Assembly (NCBI GenBank): GCA_951406725.2
Contig: OX597815.1
Location: 44,764,001-44,828,000, forward strand
DNA length: 64,000 bases
Direction: 5' to 3'
Origin: Octopus vulgaris
Lineage: Eukaryota
Positions within the stretch are counted from its first letter, which is position 1, and every line of letters starts with the position of its first letter. The translations under genes were made by a program, and so were the position numbers. A model generated the notes under the pieces. The model worked only from the letters and a program-made list of their open reading frames with translations, was not told the DNA's origin and searched no databases. Below are positions 40,380-55,746 of the stretch, in pieces.

Positions 40380-40630
40380 GTTGATGAAAATGATGCCTCA
40401 TGAGTCTGGACATGCCAATGATTGTTTGGCCAGATTCCTCATAGCTACCCCTCGATCTAGACGCCTAAGTTCCGTCAATATTGAGTTTCTGAAAACCGTA
40501 GTTAAGGAAACTCCAAAGCAAACTGTACGAGAATTAGTAAAACAGTTCATATTCAAGTCACGCTTCGATCATAAAACACCTTCATGAACAAGGGAAATGT
40601 CTAAACGTGGTCAGAGGGTCCCCCAGATTA
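40380..40630 (+). mobile_element. mariner transposase relic (N-terminal region)
   Basis: PRSRRLSSVNIEFLKTVVKETPKQTVRELVKQF resembles the mariner PRSGRP...T.RELA helix-turn-helix segment. Confidence 0.5.
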
Positions 40631-41322
40631 ATCTAAGAACTATTCTTTGCTCACCATTTAAGAGACGCCTTTTACCTACAATAAAAAAGATTATTTCTCG
40701 ACTCATATCTCTTCGGAATTTAAGTGACGCTACATACACTCATAGCTCCTATTGGATACCGAGTCATTCAGTAGCTGAGTCAATCGAAACGTTAGGAAAT
40801 TTTGTTTTATAGGTTACTAACAAATATGAGGATATTATTAACCCCAGAAATACTTTTTCCCTTTCCTCTTACATACTTTTTCTCTCTTTCACGCCCTCTC
40901 TTTATCTTCTCATCAAAAATGTCTTTCTTTGTACAATAGTGTTTCTACTGTTGTATATTTGCTATGAGGTTATCATAAGTTCCATCGAAAGATTTGGTCA
41001 AGGTTATTGCTGATGGAAGAAAGAGATAAAAGCAAAAGATAAACACAGACTCGAGGGCAGGGAATACATTGGCAAAGAATTGATATAAGAAACATGCAAT
41101 TGTTAAAATATCATTTAACGGGAGAGAAAACAGCAGATCTTGGCATTGATATAGTATGTTTGTATTCAGCCAGTACAATTGCTAATACATGTACTAAATT
41201 TTATGGAATAAACCATATACATTATCAAGTGAAATGCATTGAGTATAAGGTGACATATAATGGGAAATATATTTATATAAATTTATTTGTGCATGATATG
41301 TGTGTGTGTGCATGCGTACGTA

Positions 41323-41377
<55 letters not shown>

Positions 41378-41514
41378 GTGGTCTGATCAATAAGTATTCA
41401 GACTGCTGCTGGCATAGTAATGAAGCTAAAGCAAGCCGCAGAGTGAAGTCGTTTGTCACAGATTGACCTTGAACTCCGCTGTATATGCGCACTAAGTAAG
41501 ACGTAGACAGAAGA

Positions 41515-42120
41515 AAATTCTATGGAACAATACCCCATACAGTATGAATCTAGACACGAATATTGCTAGAAAATTCCTAAAATTAATAGATAAACATTTC
41601 CCACATTCACATAAATGATATAGATCTTCAATAGAAAAACAATTATAGTTAGCTATAGTTGCCTCCCCAATAAGGATTAACTATATTAAACTGCAAAAAA
41701 AGTTAGATAATTACCCCAAAGATTGTAATTGTAGATCTCCGGATGGGTGTCCCCTGAACAACAGATATTTGGAGAAAGAACTAGTTTACAAGGCCAACAT
41801 CAGGGATTTGAACGGAGTAACATAAAGGTATAGTGGAATGACGGAAGACACTCTGAAAAAAGAAATACGTAGTAGTTAGCTACGTTCAGGGACAAAAACA
41901 AACAACACCCAACGGCCCTATGCAATATGGTATGGACACTGAAGGAAAGAGACGTGAACAACCCCTATATAACCTCGAGCATTATTTCTAAGGCCAACAA
42001 ATACAAGGGATGGGGCACAAAATGCGAACTATGCATCACTGAAAAATTAAGCATTATTATATCAAAAGCGAGTATCTTAAATATTAATGATGAAAACTTC
42101 AACCCCTGCATGCATAAGCA
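41515..42120 (+). mobile_element. Penelope-like element relic (Naiad-type thumb/GIY-YIG endonuclease region)
   Basis: Across frameshifts: WNNTPYS..DTNIARKFLKLIDKHFP, SYSCLPN, CNCRSPDGCPLN, LVYKA, VWTLKE, KCELCITEKLSI, PCMHK. Confidence 0.7.
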
Positions 42121-42954
42121 ACAGTTCACCACTCTAAAATTTCAAACAGACGCACCATCTACTTTGCCATTCAACCAAACCTGGATAGGTGTTTTCTTTG
42201 AACAGCAATTATTATATGCATTATATGAACTTTATGCATTAAAGACACAGGTCCCATAAACTTATACTGAGCTTCCTCATTACACAAATATATGGGCATC
42301 AGACATATCCATGACATCACACAATATACAAATTTATGAAAAAACTCCATGAGCCTACAATCCTGGGAGTAATCTCAAGAACCAAGTTGGACGTCAAAAT
42401 AGGCAATTGATATTGGAAACATCACAATTATGAGTACATGTCGAAACACGAACAAAATGGATAAAGTATATACGTGTGCATTTTGTATGTAAATATGTAT
42501 ATACACAGACACATAATATATACATACATATGTATACATCTGTGTGTTTATATGTGTGTGTGCATGTGTATGTGTGTCTATGCGTATGTGTTAATATGCG
42601 TATGATACAAAATGATTCACAAAGTGAATATACACATAAACTATGCATAATACCTATGTATAAATATAAACAGACTTATAAATATATAATCTTATGAATT
42701 CACAAGAACTATGTGTGAAAAACGTGTGGAACTCCGCAACCAGGTGTACACATATACGCAAATACGAACTATTAAGTGCACACACGACATAAAATTCAAT
42801 ACAAGGGAGATAATAACTCGAGGAGAGTTGCTGTCTCTTGAGAGATATATTTATTTGTTTATTCCAAAATCTCGAGCAATCTTACGTGATTTTATTGTGT
42901 TTTCATCTTAGATGGAGATGAACACTAACATCTCATGTGGCAGACTTGAATAAT

Positions 42955-43355
42955 TGTTGAGAGATATCTTTCTCAACATGAAACCAATGATAGGCTTAAT
43001 ATACAAAGAAAGAATTTTTATTCACCAATGCGGTGTTGAGCACTCATTCTCACTGTTCGATATTAACTATACACAGAGAGATACACACGCATACACATAC
43101 ACACATGTCTATCTATCTATTTATCTGTCTGTCTGTCTGTCAGTCTGTCTACCTGCCTGTCTGTCTATCTATCTCTTCCCCTTTCTCTTTCTCTCTCTCT
43201 CTCTCTATGTATATATATATATATATACACACACATATATAAATGTTGAACTATAAGAATGAGTGCTCAACACCGCACTGGTGGATAAAACATCTTTATT
43301 TGTATATTAAGGTTACCATTGGTTTCATGGTCAGAAAATAACTTAATATCTTAAC
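42955..43355. repeat. ~95-bp inverted repeat pair around a microsatellite spacer
   Basis: CATGAAACCAATG...GCGGTGTTGAGCACTCATTCT vs AGAATGAGTGCTCAACACCGC...CATTGGTTTCATG. Confidence 0.75.
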
Positions 43356-43425
43356 ATTTTTTTTCAATCTCTGTCTCTGTCTCTGTTTTTCTGTCTGTCT
43401 GTCTCTGGGTCTTTCTCTCTCGCTC

Positions 43426-43885
<460 letters not shown>

Positions 43886-43894
43886 TATATAGAG

Positions 43895-44065
43895 AGAATT
43901 ACGCTAATGAACTCCCACATCACAACAAAAAAGAATTCGTAATAGAAGTGCTAAAATTCATCTTCAAAGACAACTTCTATCGATAAAAATCAGGGACTGC
44001 GATGGGTACGAGAATGGCACCTTCCTTTGCTAACCTAGTCGTAGGATATCTTGAAACCAGACTTA
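43895..44065 (+). mobile_element. Penelope-like reverse transcriptase fragment
   Basis: SGTAMGTRMAPSFANLVVGYLE, a PLE RT motif. Confidence 0.8.
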
Positions 44066-44186
44066 GCTGAAATCTCATGTAGGGAATAAATAAATATACA
44101 AAACTCAACGCTAAAGCTGCTAGATGAAATATGTACAGTTATGTGTATGTGATCATGAATTAAATATATACTAAGACCAAAGTTGG

Positions 44187-45000
44187 TTATACGTTCGTAT
44201 TTAGGCGTGTTCTGTATTTTTCGATAAATGAATTTTCTTTATTTAAACGTCCTTGTACAGAAACTGTTTCTTTGCACTGGTAGATTGGGAAAACTGTGAA
44301 GTGTGGTTGGATATTACCTGCATAACTTTTTATGTGTTCACTCAAAGGAATCTGTCTGTACTGTGGGAAACGGATCTTTTCCTTATGTGGTGTGGCTCTC
44401 AACTAAGTATTATATTTATCTGACCTATATAATTATGTCCACAACCTGAGCAAGTTATAACATAAATTAGATTCTCGGAAGAACACAAGTGAAGTTAGTT
44501 TTAATTGTGAATCCCTCTCTCCTTGTTTAAATAGGAATTCCGAGCCTTCCAGTGGGTTGGGGCATGTTTCACGGTTTGGGTCCAGATTTTTTAACCGCTG
44601 GTTGTTGTATAAAGCTTCGCATTTGTCAGAAGTCGTTTCAGCGATTTGTGTTGCTTTTAGCATCTGATGAATTTATGTTTTCAGAATGTTGTTCATTTTT
44701 GGATCCCTAGTAAGCAAAGGTAGATTTTGTACAATAGTGTTGTATGCCTCATTGTTCCTAGTGTTGTGAATTGATACGTACAGTAGTGTTTTGAGATGAG
44801 ATGTGGTGTTACATTTAGTTTCCCTTGGTGTTTTAATGCCTAATTACTTGGAACACTTAATTCCATCGTCTATAATTGAGGGTGGATATGGTCTTTCATT
44901 GAGTGTTGTTCTGAGGTCTTGAAGACGGAGGTCCCGAATATTTTCAACAGATAATATTGTGCAAATCCTTTTTGCTGAATTGGAGGTGATGTTTCTTTTG
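44187..45000 (-). mobile_element. Penelope-like thumb/GIY-YIG relic
   Basis: QIPLSEHI...FTVFPIYQC...RLNKENSFIEKYRTRLN, paralleling the C-terminus at 57600-57762. Confidence 0.6.
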
Positions 45001-45286
45001 ATGTGTTTCGGATGGCAAGAGCTAAACAGACGATATTGCTTGAAGTCCGTTGGTTTATGATAAATTTCAATTTTTGACTTTTTATTATCATAATATATAT
45101 AAGAAAAGGAGCTGTTCCTTCTTTTATTTTATATATATATTCTTTGTATTACAACTCACCAGGTGGAATAATCGAAATTCTCCTCCTCCCGTTTTCATAC
45201 TATACATGTATATCTTTACACACATAGATATGTAGATTGACAGATAGACAGAGAGAGACAGACAGATATCTAGCTAGCTAGCTAGC

Positions 45287-45374
<88 letters not shown>

Positions 45375-45387
45375 CCGATAGACAGAC

Positions 45388-45447
<60 letters not shown>

Positions 45448-45866
45448 GTAACAACAACATATGAATGTATATTTCTACGCATACGCGCAGATACACCTGC
45501 ACACACACACACATACAACACATACACAAATTCACAAAAGTACCCTACATACAAAAGTGTAAACCCACACACACTCACATATATATCCATTGCATAAATA
45601 ATTATTACCTGTCAAGGTTTTTATTCCCATGCAAACCACTTGATAAGATCGATATTTAAATTAACGATATCATTATTATTTATATCTATTGCATATATAT
45701 ATATATATAATACCGTTTATATATGAGTGCGTGCAAGTGTGTGTATGTGTGTGTGTAGATATGTATGTATACATACATATACACAGTTGACTACTCTTTA
45801 TTTTCTCTTATATTCCTTTCTTCTTCGTTTCTCTCTATCCTACCTCTCTCTCTGTCTGTCTATTTG

Positions 45867-45953
<87 letters not shown>

Positions 45954-46050
45954 ATGTATATATATGTATATGTATATATATATAGATATATATATTTACA
46001 CACACACACACAGATGTATAATAGAGTATTTATACATTTTTTAGACATAT

Positions 46051-46098
<48 letters not shown>

Positions 46099-46109
46099 TT
46101 ATGTATATA

Positions 46110-46223
<114 letters not shown>

Positions 46224-47019
46224 CATACATAAAATACATATACCCATATGCATGTCATAATTCACATGCTACACAAAACACACCTTAACTTTACAATGAA
46301 AGTAGGTATCAGTTACTATGATAATGATAAATCATTTCATCCCATTTAAATCGGAATTTTCAAGCTTGCATTTATATATATATATATACACTGATACATT
46401 CATATTCACTGATACATTCATATTCGTAAAGACGAGTGAGTGGGAGATGCTTGAATAGTGGCTGTACAAGACCAGCTAACTCTGAGGAACAGGGGGAGGT
46501 AATTACAGTAACCATAGATGAATAAATGAAATGAATTTTATGCTTGTTTCTAGTATCTTGTGCTTCCTTTATAAACCTTATTGTTTATTCATAAGTGAAA
46601 CCAAATCTTTTATTTTCTTAGAGAAATTGCGACTGGCATAACATCGGCAACCAATGTCAAGGTAGGGCTGCTCTACCTTTTCCATCCAGCCTAACAACTA
46701 TTTTAATTACGTTAGTGTATCAAATTTACTTTGTATTTTACGTCAGTAATACTTTCTGGATTAACGTTCGCTCTAAAAGAATTTCTTTCACGCACTGATT
46801 TCAAATTATACAATCGACTTTTGTCTGTTTATAACTACAAAGATTTCCTGGATATACCAGTAAATCTGCCGTCGTACTCCACTTCTAATCCCCCTTTTGT
46901 CAAATGTGTCCCTTTTTAATATAGCTTTCTGGGTGTCTTTCCTTCCATTTCAAAGAAATGCTACTTTTCCTTTTCTGGAGACTTCCCTCTATTAACTTCA
47001 TCCACTTTCTTTTCTTAAA

Positions 47020-47328
47020 GACTCCGCCGGTTACGACACGAGGGTTTACGATCAACGGAACAGCTTGCTTCGTGAAATTAACGTGCAAATGGCTGAGCAT
47101 TCCACAGACACGTGTACCCTTAACGTAGTTCTCGGGGATAATCAGCGTGACACAGAGAGTGACAAGGCTGACCCTTTGAAATACAAGTACAACTCATTTT
47201 TGCCAGCTGAGTGGACTGGAGCAACGTGAAATAAAGTGTCTTGCTCAAGGACACAACGCGTCGCCGGGAATCGAACTCACAACCTTACGATCATGAGCCG
47301 AATGCCCTAACCACTCAGCCACGCGCCC
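47020..47328 (-). mobile_element. SINE family A
   Basis: Reverse-complement match to 51519-51807 and 657-985. Confidence 0.8.
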
Positions 47329-50300
47329 TCCTTTCTTTTCTAGTGCATCCAGTATTACAGTCAGGTCCTGATTATGTCACCATGTACACGATATGTACCT
47401 CTTTTCGATCTAACCTACAATCAGATTGTGTCTGATGCTGAGTTCCATATACTCTACATTTGCATTTGTTATTACATGTCACTCTTCATTTCACTAACTT
47501 TGCGGATGACATTAACATATAAAGCCTTAATATCATCTGTTTTTTTCCCATGGTCCCATTTCATTAACATCACCAAGTTTTCTTCCTTTGTAGATAAAAA
47601 AAAATTCCATTCAATGCAATTTTATCGTTGTGTACACTTAGTCAAAAGAAATTACCGCTCCTTTTATTCCTCTATCTTGACTTCACCCTCTTCTGCCTGT
47701 CTATTTTACTTGTCGATAACTAAGACGAAAGAAGAAAAAAACAGCTTGCTACTTCCTAATCTCAAGCCCTTCCTTCCATCGTTCCCATCTTCTGACATGT
47801 ATTCGTGCTATATATTTATCATTACTTCATTACTTACTTTTTCTCCTACCTCTTTATACCCTGTCATAATGTCATACAAATTGTCATGTGCCATTAGTGC
47901 TTTAGAAATAGCAACATCGTAAAAGTTTGGTCCCCTGCAAACGATGGCAATGGTAAATACAACTGCAGTTCTTTTCCACGTATGTTTCCCTATTTTTAAA
48001 TTGTCCAAGAAAAACTAAAATTTTTTCATATATTTAGTGCATTTCTGTGCGAACCTGAATATTTTGGTGACAGCAACTTTTTTGAATTTTCCAGGAATTT
48101 TGGCTTTGTCAATTTCTTTCAAACAATCAACTATTCGGTTGCATACCTCCATTTTTTCCTACTTTTATCAGTCATAATACCTATATACCATGTTTCCAAA
48201 CTTATAAACACTGTTCCTTATTCGTTGGTTCACCAGTAAATTTCTGTTGTACTCTGTGTAAGACCTGCCTAACTCATATTAACTTATTAAAAGCACGCAG
48301 AACAGCGAAAATCAAAACAACGATGTGTATATTTATTCTTCACGCGTTCTGGCAGCCTTGAACGTGAACATTGGGCTATTGGGTTATTATTACCAGTACT
48401 GAGAGTTTTCAGCAGCAAAAGGGCTGGTAATCACCTGAAAATCGAAATACTACTTACATCTAATAAAACGATTTATGGGAATAGAAAGTGATTGGTGACT
48501 TGGCATTCAAATACAATCGATAGCATATGCAGATTCCAGTGGTTGTATGGTGAAAATCAACATTTAGAAAATCAAAATCAAGTTAGATGAAAATCAAAAT
48601 TTGAATTCTGTTCATGATAAGCAAGGGGAAATATATTTATCTGATATAAATTTTTTATCAGCTCAAATCACATCTTTTAGCTACTTAGTAAAACACCCAC
48701 CCATCAGCTGTTCAGTTATGTTCCTCATGACAGTGTTCCAGCTACCGTTTCCCTCTAACTAAAATAGTAATTTGAAAAAAGGGCGTAGTGTTTGCGTCGG
48801 ACAAAAATACAGTAATTTGGTCGCGTCAATTTATATACAAATTCCACTGATTTCAACTTTTTCTTTCATCTTTCCGTGGTTGGTAGATTAAGCCCTAATC
48901 AAGAACTGACTGATCTTCCTTCCTCCAAAATGTGTGTCGTACAACCTAATCTAAAAATCATTATTTTCACGACATAAAAAAGAAATCGGTAAATAAAATA
49001 AAATATAGTTATAAAGGAAGATGGAAAATACATAGAACACAAAAGACGATAAGAAAAGGAAGTGAACATATGTGTTACCGTAATTAATTTAAATTCTTTG
49101 TATAGGCTATAATGGTCTTGTAATTACAAAGTAACGGTTGGGTTGTTCTTCATAGACCGACATGCCATCAACCAAATAACACGCAACGTTTTTCAATTGT
49201 CACAACATCTTCAGTTGATTAAAACGCCATAATTTTCCTGTCGCAGGCAACTAGAAAGGCATTCTAATTCTTTGTAACAACAGACTTCAAGCACAACCTC
49301 CTCTTTTCACTCTTTTTATTCTGACCCTAATTCTACAAAATTCAAAATTCTTCAAGCACGTGTCGTCTCTTTAATTCTCTTCTTTGCCTGATTGCGCTAA
49401 AATGCCAGTCTAATCTCTGCAAGAATACATCATATACCTACAGTACATGATGTATAAAGTCGTTAACCAAATTAAATTAAGCCTATCATCAAATATACAC
49501 ATCTCCAGAAACTCAGTTTAAATGTATCCACAATTAAATTAAGGACCAGAGGAGGAGAATGTTGCTTTTCCCTTAAACTTTTCAGCCTCTATACAAGACT
49601 TGTTAAAATGATGAAGCTGATATCTTGCTTGAACATTAAACCAATGATAAAATATTCACGTCTCTCGAAATGTCCAATTTCACTCAGTTTAAGTGTATCC
49701 GCAAACTAAAACAGTAGCCATGACTGAGTAAAGTAAAGCTTTCTCGATTAAAGAAATTATGAGTTTGTATGATGTTACTAATATTCAGTTCTAACCTATC
49801 ATTGTTCCTGCGTTATGCTGACAAGTTTCATGTCCACTTAGCTCTCAATAGATACCGAACATAATATAATGCACCACCCGAGGTAAGCAGTTTAAATTCC
49901 TCTGAGGTAAATGGAACAAAACCGTTGTACCAGCTTCCTATCCAGTAACAGACTTTCCACTTGCAGAAACAGGTAGAAAGGCAAATGTTCATAATTTACA
50001 TTGCAGCATTGGCACAAATTGGCAGTATTTTTTCAAAATAGGTTATCAAGTAGTCTACTGAAGCTGTCGTTTAATATTTTCGCAACAGGAGCAACTTTTT
50101 TCATAAGAGTATTTATGCATTTAAGTGTCATCAGTTTTAGTGTAAGTGATAAATATTTCGAACCTAGATTTACTGAAAATCTTTTCATGTGTCTCTTTAA
50201 GGATACTACATAGTTTAAAGATGGTTCATTAGTATATCTTAGTGAGTCACTTTACAATCTTGATGTCGAAGTCTCGCACAGATATTGAAAATATAAACCA

Positions 50301-50631
50301 CAAATTAAAAACTTAAAACTTCCAATTGCGATAAATGTTTTATGACCCAATTTTATCTCTTGCGATAACTGAACTTGCGTGTGTACGCGCACATACCAGC
50401 ATAAAGTGGTTTCTACACACGCATGTACGTGCGTGTGATTAGTATTATGCTTCCTCGAATGTTAGGCCACCAATAAATTATTTTATTACCCAAACCCGAA
50501 AAAGCTTAAAATATCAAGTACCGTCGATGGACTCATAAATTTACTCGAGTGTTACTTTATGGCAATCTCGCATTGATGCAATAATTTCCTCTTATTATTA
50601 TCATTATTGTTAATATTTTTATTATCATTAT

Positions 50632-50852
50632 TAAGGTGGTGAGCAGGCAGAATTGTTAGCACGACGGGCAAAAATGCTTAGCGGCATTTTGTCCGTCTTT
50701 GCGTTCTGAGTTCAAATTCCGCCGAAGTCGTCTTTACTTTTTATCCTTTCGGGGTTGATAAATTAAGTACCAATCAAGCACTGGGGGTCAAATTTATCGA
50801 CCATACCCCTCCCCTCAAATTCCACGCCTTGTGCCTAAAGTAGAAAGGATTA
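50632..50852 (+). mobile_element. SINE family B
   Basis: Matches 26570-26781. Confidence 0.75.
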
Positions 50853-51217
50853 TTATTAGTAGTAAACCGTTACCTAAATAGCAATTCTTTTATCTCAATA
50901 TTTAGTCGTATGGTATTTCTATTTCACCGACGTTTTCCTTCCACGCTAAATTTACGAACTGAACAATAACCAAATGGAACAGGTCTTAGTTGGTATTTGG
51001 TAATAATAAAACATCATCTAGAGGCCGAGATAATTTTAATAGATCATGAATTTATATAAAATGTTATTTGACACACATGTATTCGTCTGTTATTCACATA
51101 CCTGCCACTGGCCATTTTGAGTTATTTCCCTTTTTGCTTAGATTATGCTATAAACATAATCTACTCTTTATTTATATAAGTCTATGTCTTTTGACTACGA
51201 GCTATAAGATCGAATGT

Positions 51218-51807
51218 GAAAGCGCATGACTTAATGGTTAGGTCGTGAGTTCTATTCCGGCGACGCGTTGTGTCTTTGAGCAAGACACTTTATATCACGT
51301 TGTACCAGTCCACTCAGCTGGCAAAAATGAGTAATACCTGCATTTCAAAAGGCCAGCCTTCTCACACTCTGTGTCACGCTGAATCTCCCTGAGAACTACG
51401 TTAAGGGAACACGTGTCTGTGGAGTACTCAGCCACTTGCACGTTAATTTCATGAGCAAGCTGTTCCGTTGATCGTATAAGCTGGGACCCTCGTCGTCGTA
51501 ACCGACGGAGTGCTCCTTTGAAGGCGCGTGGCTTAGTGGTTAGGGCATTCCACTCCCGATTGTAAGGTCGTGAGTTCAATACCCGGTGACGCGTTGTGTC
51601 CTTGAGCAAGACACTTTATTCCACGTTGTTCCAGTCCACTCGGCTGGAAAAAATGAGATGTACCTGTATTTCAAAGGGGCCAGCCTTGTCACACGCTGAA
51701 TCTCCTTGAGAAGTGGCTCAGCCACTTGCACTTTAATTTCACGAGCAAGCTATTTCGTTGATTGTATCAGCTGGGACCCTCGACGTCGTAACCGACGAAG
51801 TGCTCCC
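51218..51807 (+). mobile_element. head-to-tail dimer of family A SINEs
   Basis: Units 51218-51517 and 51519-51807, each ending GTCGTAACCGACG(G/A)AGTGCTCC. Confidence 0.8.
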
Positions 51808-52434
51808 TTTTTATAGGATCGAATAATGAATGATTATGGTGTGATAGCTTTTGAGCCAAAAACACTTATCCGCGATTGTTATCTCAGCCAGACTATAATG
51901 TTATATCGTTCCTTTAATAGCAAGTCACTTTTGGAGAATTATTGATTCTTGAAATTATCTCCCCTTCGTAAGTGGCTCTGGTCTTTAGTGCCATTGTGTA
52001 ATTATGACAATATCTTCTACAAGCGGAAGTAATGTGAATAGATCAAAAATTTGCGTCTTATGTTGACATATTAGTATCTGCCTATGTTGAACAATAATCA
52101 CATTGATTTCACCCAAATTAAGATTTTTTGATTTTTTAATTCGCTATTCATAACAGCAAATAATAAATGCCAATTGCGGGTTGTATATGAGCATCGAAGT
52201 TGTTACCAGTGTGACTATATTAATAGCCCACGTTCGAGGTTAAGCATATCAGTGTCTAACAATGAGTGTGGCTGGGCATATATATGTGTGTATATATATA
52301 TATACGTATATGTATATATACATACATGTAGACGTATATATATATATATATATACAAACATGCATATGGACATATATACTTCTATATATATGTGTGTGTA
52401 TATATATATATGTATATATATATATGTATGTTTG

Positions 52435-52472
<38 letters not shown>

Positions 52473-52605
52473 CGTGTGTATATGTGTGTATGTATATATA
52501 TATCTATATATACATATATATATACACACACACACGCATACAAATATTTATGCATACAAACCCAAACGCAGTCACTCACACACATACATACGCATATGTA
52601 TATGT

Positions 52606-52668
<63 letters not shown>

Positions 52669-53274
52669 AAACATTACAGCTAATAAATAACTATTCCATT
52701 CTTTCTTGTCTCTCACTTAAAACAACCCCCAGAACAATGGCGATGACAGGAAACTGATGAAGTCGAATATGATACGATGTTTCTTCTGTTTGAAATATAA
52801 TAACGAATTCGAAATATAATAATAAAGACCAAATTTACCATTTAATAAGAGTTCTTCTGTCAGCTAAAAGTTGTATTAATACTACTTGTGTTGTTTTTCT
52901 TCTATAACACATGTTCATTACGTAAGGACGCCGACTTCGTGAAGCGTCCAGTCACATTTTCGGGTCGTGACGAGAGAGATTGTAACTTTTATTTGCTTAG
53001 TTCAAACTCTACCTCGTTTATAAGATAAGTAACATTAATATACTTATGAAGGTTTAACATCTCTATTCATTATCCTAATGGTACTGACAATTGTATATAT
53101 TTCATTTTTATTTTATTTTTCCTTTTTTTTTTTGATAAGTATATTTCCGAACCATGTTATCTTCGGCCCAGTCCCCCTGCGCGGCACCTTGGGAAAGTGT
53201 CTTCAACTATAACCTTAAGCACGCCAAAACCTTATGAATGGATTCTGCGGAGAGAAACGGAAAGAAGCCAGTTT

Positions 53275-53317
<43 letters not shown>

Positions 53318-53807
53318 GTATGTATATATCATACCTACATATATATGTATATATAAAGGCATATAATGGTACAGGACATAAAAAAAAAAACGTTGAACAC
53401 AATGAGAAACGAAAACATAAAAACAAAAACATAGAAACGAACCTTTTTTGGAACAACGAAAAAAAAAGAGAACGAGACATACAACATAAAGAATACTGCC
53501 CTTCTTCAGTTGTCCCTGTTTCATCTACTCCGCGTAGTCTTCAGTCAATTCAAAGATGTATTATCCTCTTAAGGGATTAACATTAATATATCCAAAATTT
53601 CTCTAGTTTAATCCCCAACACGTTCGAAGGAAGTCATCATGATATTATAAGTAATATTTAATAAAAGGCGAGAAAGTGGAGAGTTGCCGAACCGCTAAGT
53701 AACGGGGGACGTAAACACACCAGCATCGGTTGTCAAGTGATGGTGGGGGACAAACAGGCTCATAAACATATACATACAGACATACACACACACACACATA
53801 TATATAT

Positions 53808-53863
<56 letters not shown>

Positions 53864-53955
53864 TAACAAAAAATTCACAAAAAAGCAAAAGACGAAGACA
53901 GGTGGTGTTGACAACAAACAGATGTATTAGTATAACGCTTGGGAAGTGAAAAAGT

Positions 53956-53991
53956 CTTTAACGTTTCGAGCTTACGCTCTTCCACAGAAAG
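53956..53991 (-). ncRNA. minimal hammerhead motif with variant core (CTGTGGA)
   Basis: Minus strand CTTT-CTGTGGA-A-GAGC-gtaa-GCTC-GAAA-CG-TT-AAAG; same design as 25452-25486. Confidence 0.5.
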
Positions 53992-55665
53992 GCATACAGA
54001 AAGAAATGGAGAGAAAATGAAGAAGAGAACGCATGAGTGTACATATTAATTTCTATAAATACAAGTGTTTCTCAAATTCGGGTCTGGTCCAAAATGAATT
54101 GATATGAAAGTGTATTGCAAAAAGTGTATTTCCCAAGGAATGTTTTCAACTGAGTTGGATCATGTTAATATATATGATTTTACTGAAGAACGCTCCCCTC
54201 TGTGATATTACTGAATAAGTCTAGTTTGCACTTTTAGAAAATGAGCACTGTATTTGTGTTTGTCATCACAATCTAAAACTTTACTCTTGCTAGTGAAAGT
54301 GTACTGATGTGAGACGTTAGTTGCTAGGGTCTCAAGCAGACCTACCAGTAAAAATTGTAATATACGATAGCGTCGAAGCGTTTGATGTATTTTTATTTTG
54401 GCGGCACTTTAAGTCGTTTCGGGTAAAAATGAACTTGAGAAATTTGAGTAAATTTCATTTCTAAATACATTCTTTTTTTTTTTTTTTTATCTAACGTTTG
54501 AAGGTCACTAAGGCAATGTAAATCTCTTACCCTCGGCTGTATTTGTTAACAGATATTTTCGGATCGTTTGATATGTCACTTAACTGTCGTTAGTTGTAAC
54601 TAAAAAGAGAAGGAAATACTAACAAAAAGGAGGTGGGGGTTTCAGAAATTCGAATCTAAAAGTTAAACTGGAAACGTTTAAGCCATCCATAAAAAGTCAA
54701 ACTGTCGAAGAGTTTGTTCTGAACCATAAAAACAGATTTTAATTGGTCGATATTTATTTTCTGCTCATGGTTTGATTCACAGTTCTGGAGGAATTTCTAT
54801 ATTTTATTTTTTTATACTTTATTCTATTATCAGTTTCAGCCATACTGAAGCACCGCCATTAGCGTTAATGCATGTCATGATTTTATTTCAAATTTGCTTC
54901 CAGGTCTCGGTGAAGTAGTGAATTGGACAGAGCTGCTCTTCTTAGTGTGTGTTGTCGTGATGTAGGTTCATTTGCTATATGAAAACAAAATTGTTTAGTT
55001 GTTCTTTTGTTTAAATCCAAATCTACACTTGTTAGATTTCTGAGCGCTTTTGGCAAGACATTGAACAGTTGCAGGCTTTGGACCTTATGATGGAGATGGA
55101 ATTCACCGCAAATCTCTGCTCAACTTACAAATGAAATTCTTAAATATCATTGTTAAAAAATTATCCTTTAAATTTTAGTCATTTATAGTACAAATCTCGG
55201 CCAATTATAGAAATTACCTTATCACAATAGTGGGTGAATTTTTTTCTCCTTTAAATTTAATCACACTTAATTTTAGTTTTCTTTCAAAACTTATTCTCAT
55301 TCTTACAAACTAAACTTTCCTGGTGATATAGTTCTAATTCCTTGGCTGTATCCATTTTACCATGTTTACATCATTAATACATACCATCAGAGAACACATT
55401 AACATCAGACGTTCTTAATCTCTTACGTCTCAATGTTTAAATTTCTCATCGTGTGAAATAAGCAAGCAGACACAGGCATGACGGTGGAGTAAGAAGTACG
55501 CTTCCCAAACACATCGCTCCGGGTTCAGTCCGACAGAAAGGGACTGAATTGAAGTAATCCTTCAGTTCGATGTATAATTATTTTATTATTGCAATAATAA
55601 AACAATTGCATAATTGTTTTATTGCAGTAATTTCTATCTATCTGCAGACAAATGTGTGTGCGCGC

Positions 55666-55746
<81 letters not shown>

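Noticed and set aside
47374-47922. 182-aa ORF
   Set aside because: No recognisable motifs; consistent with a chance ORF in low-complexity T-rich sequence.
52749-52790. GGAAA-CTGATGA-AGTC... possible hammerhead
   Set aside because: The GAAA half of the core is missing; at best a heavily decayed remnant.
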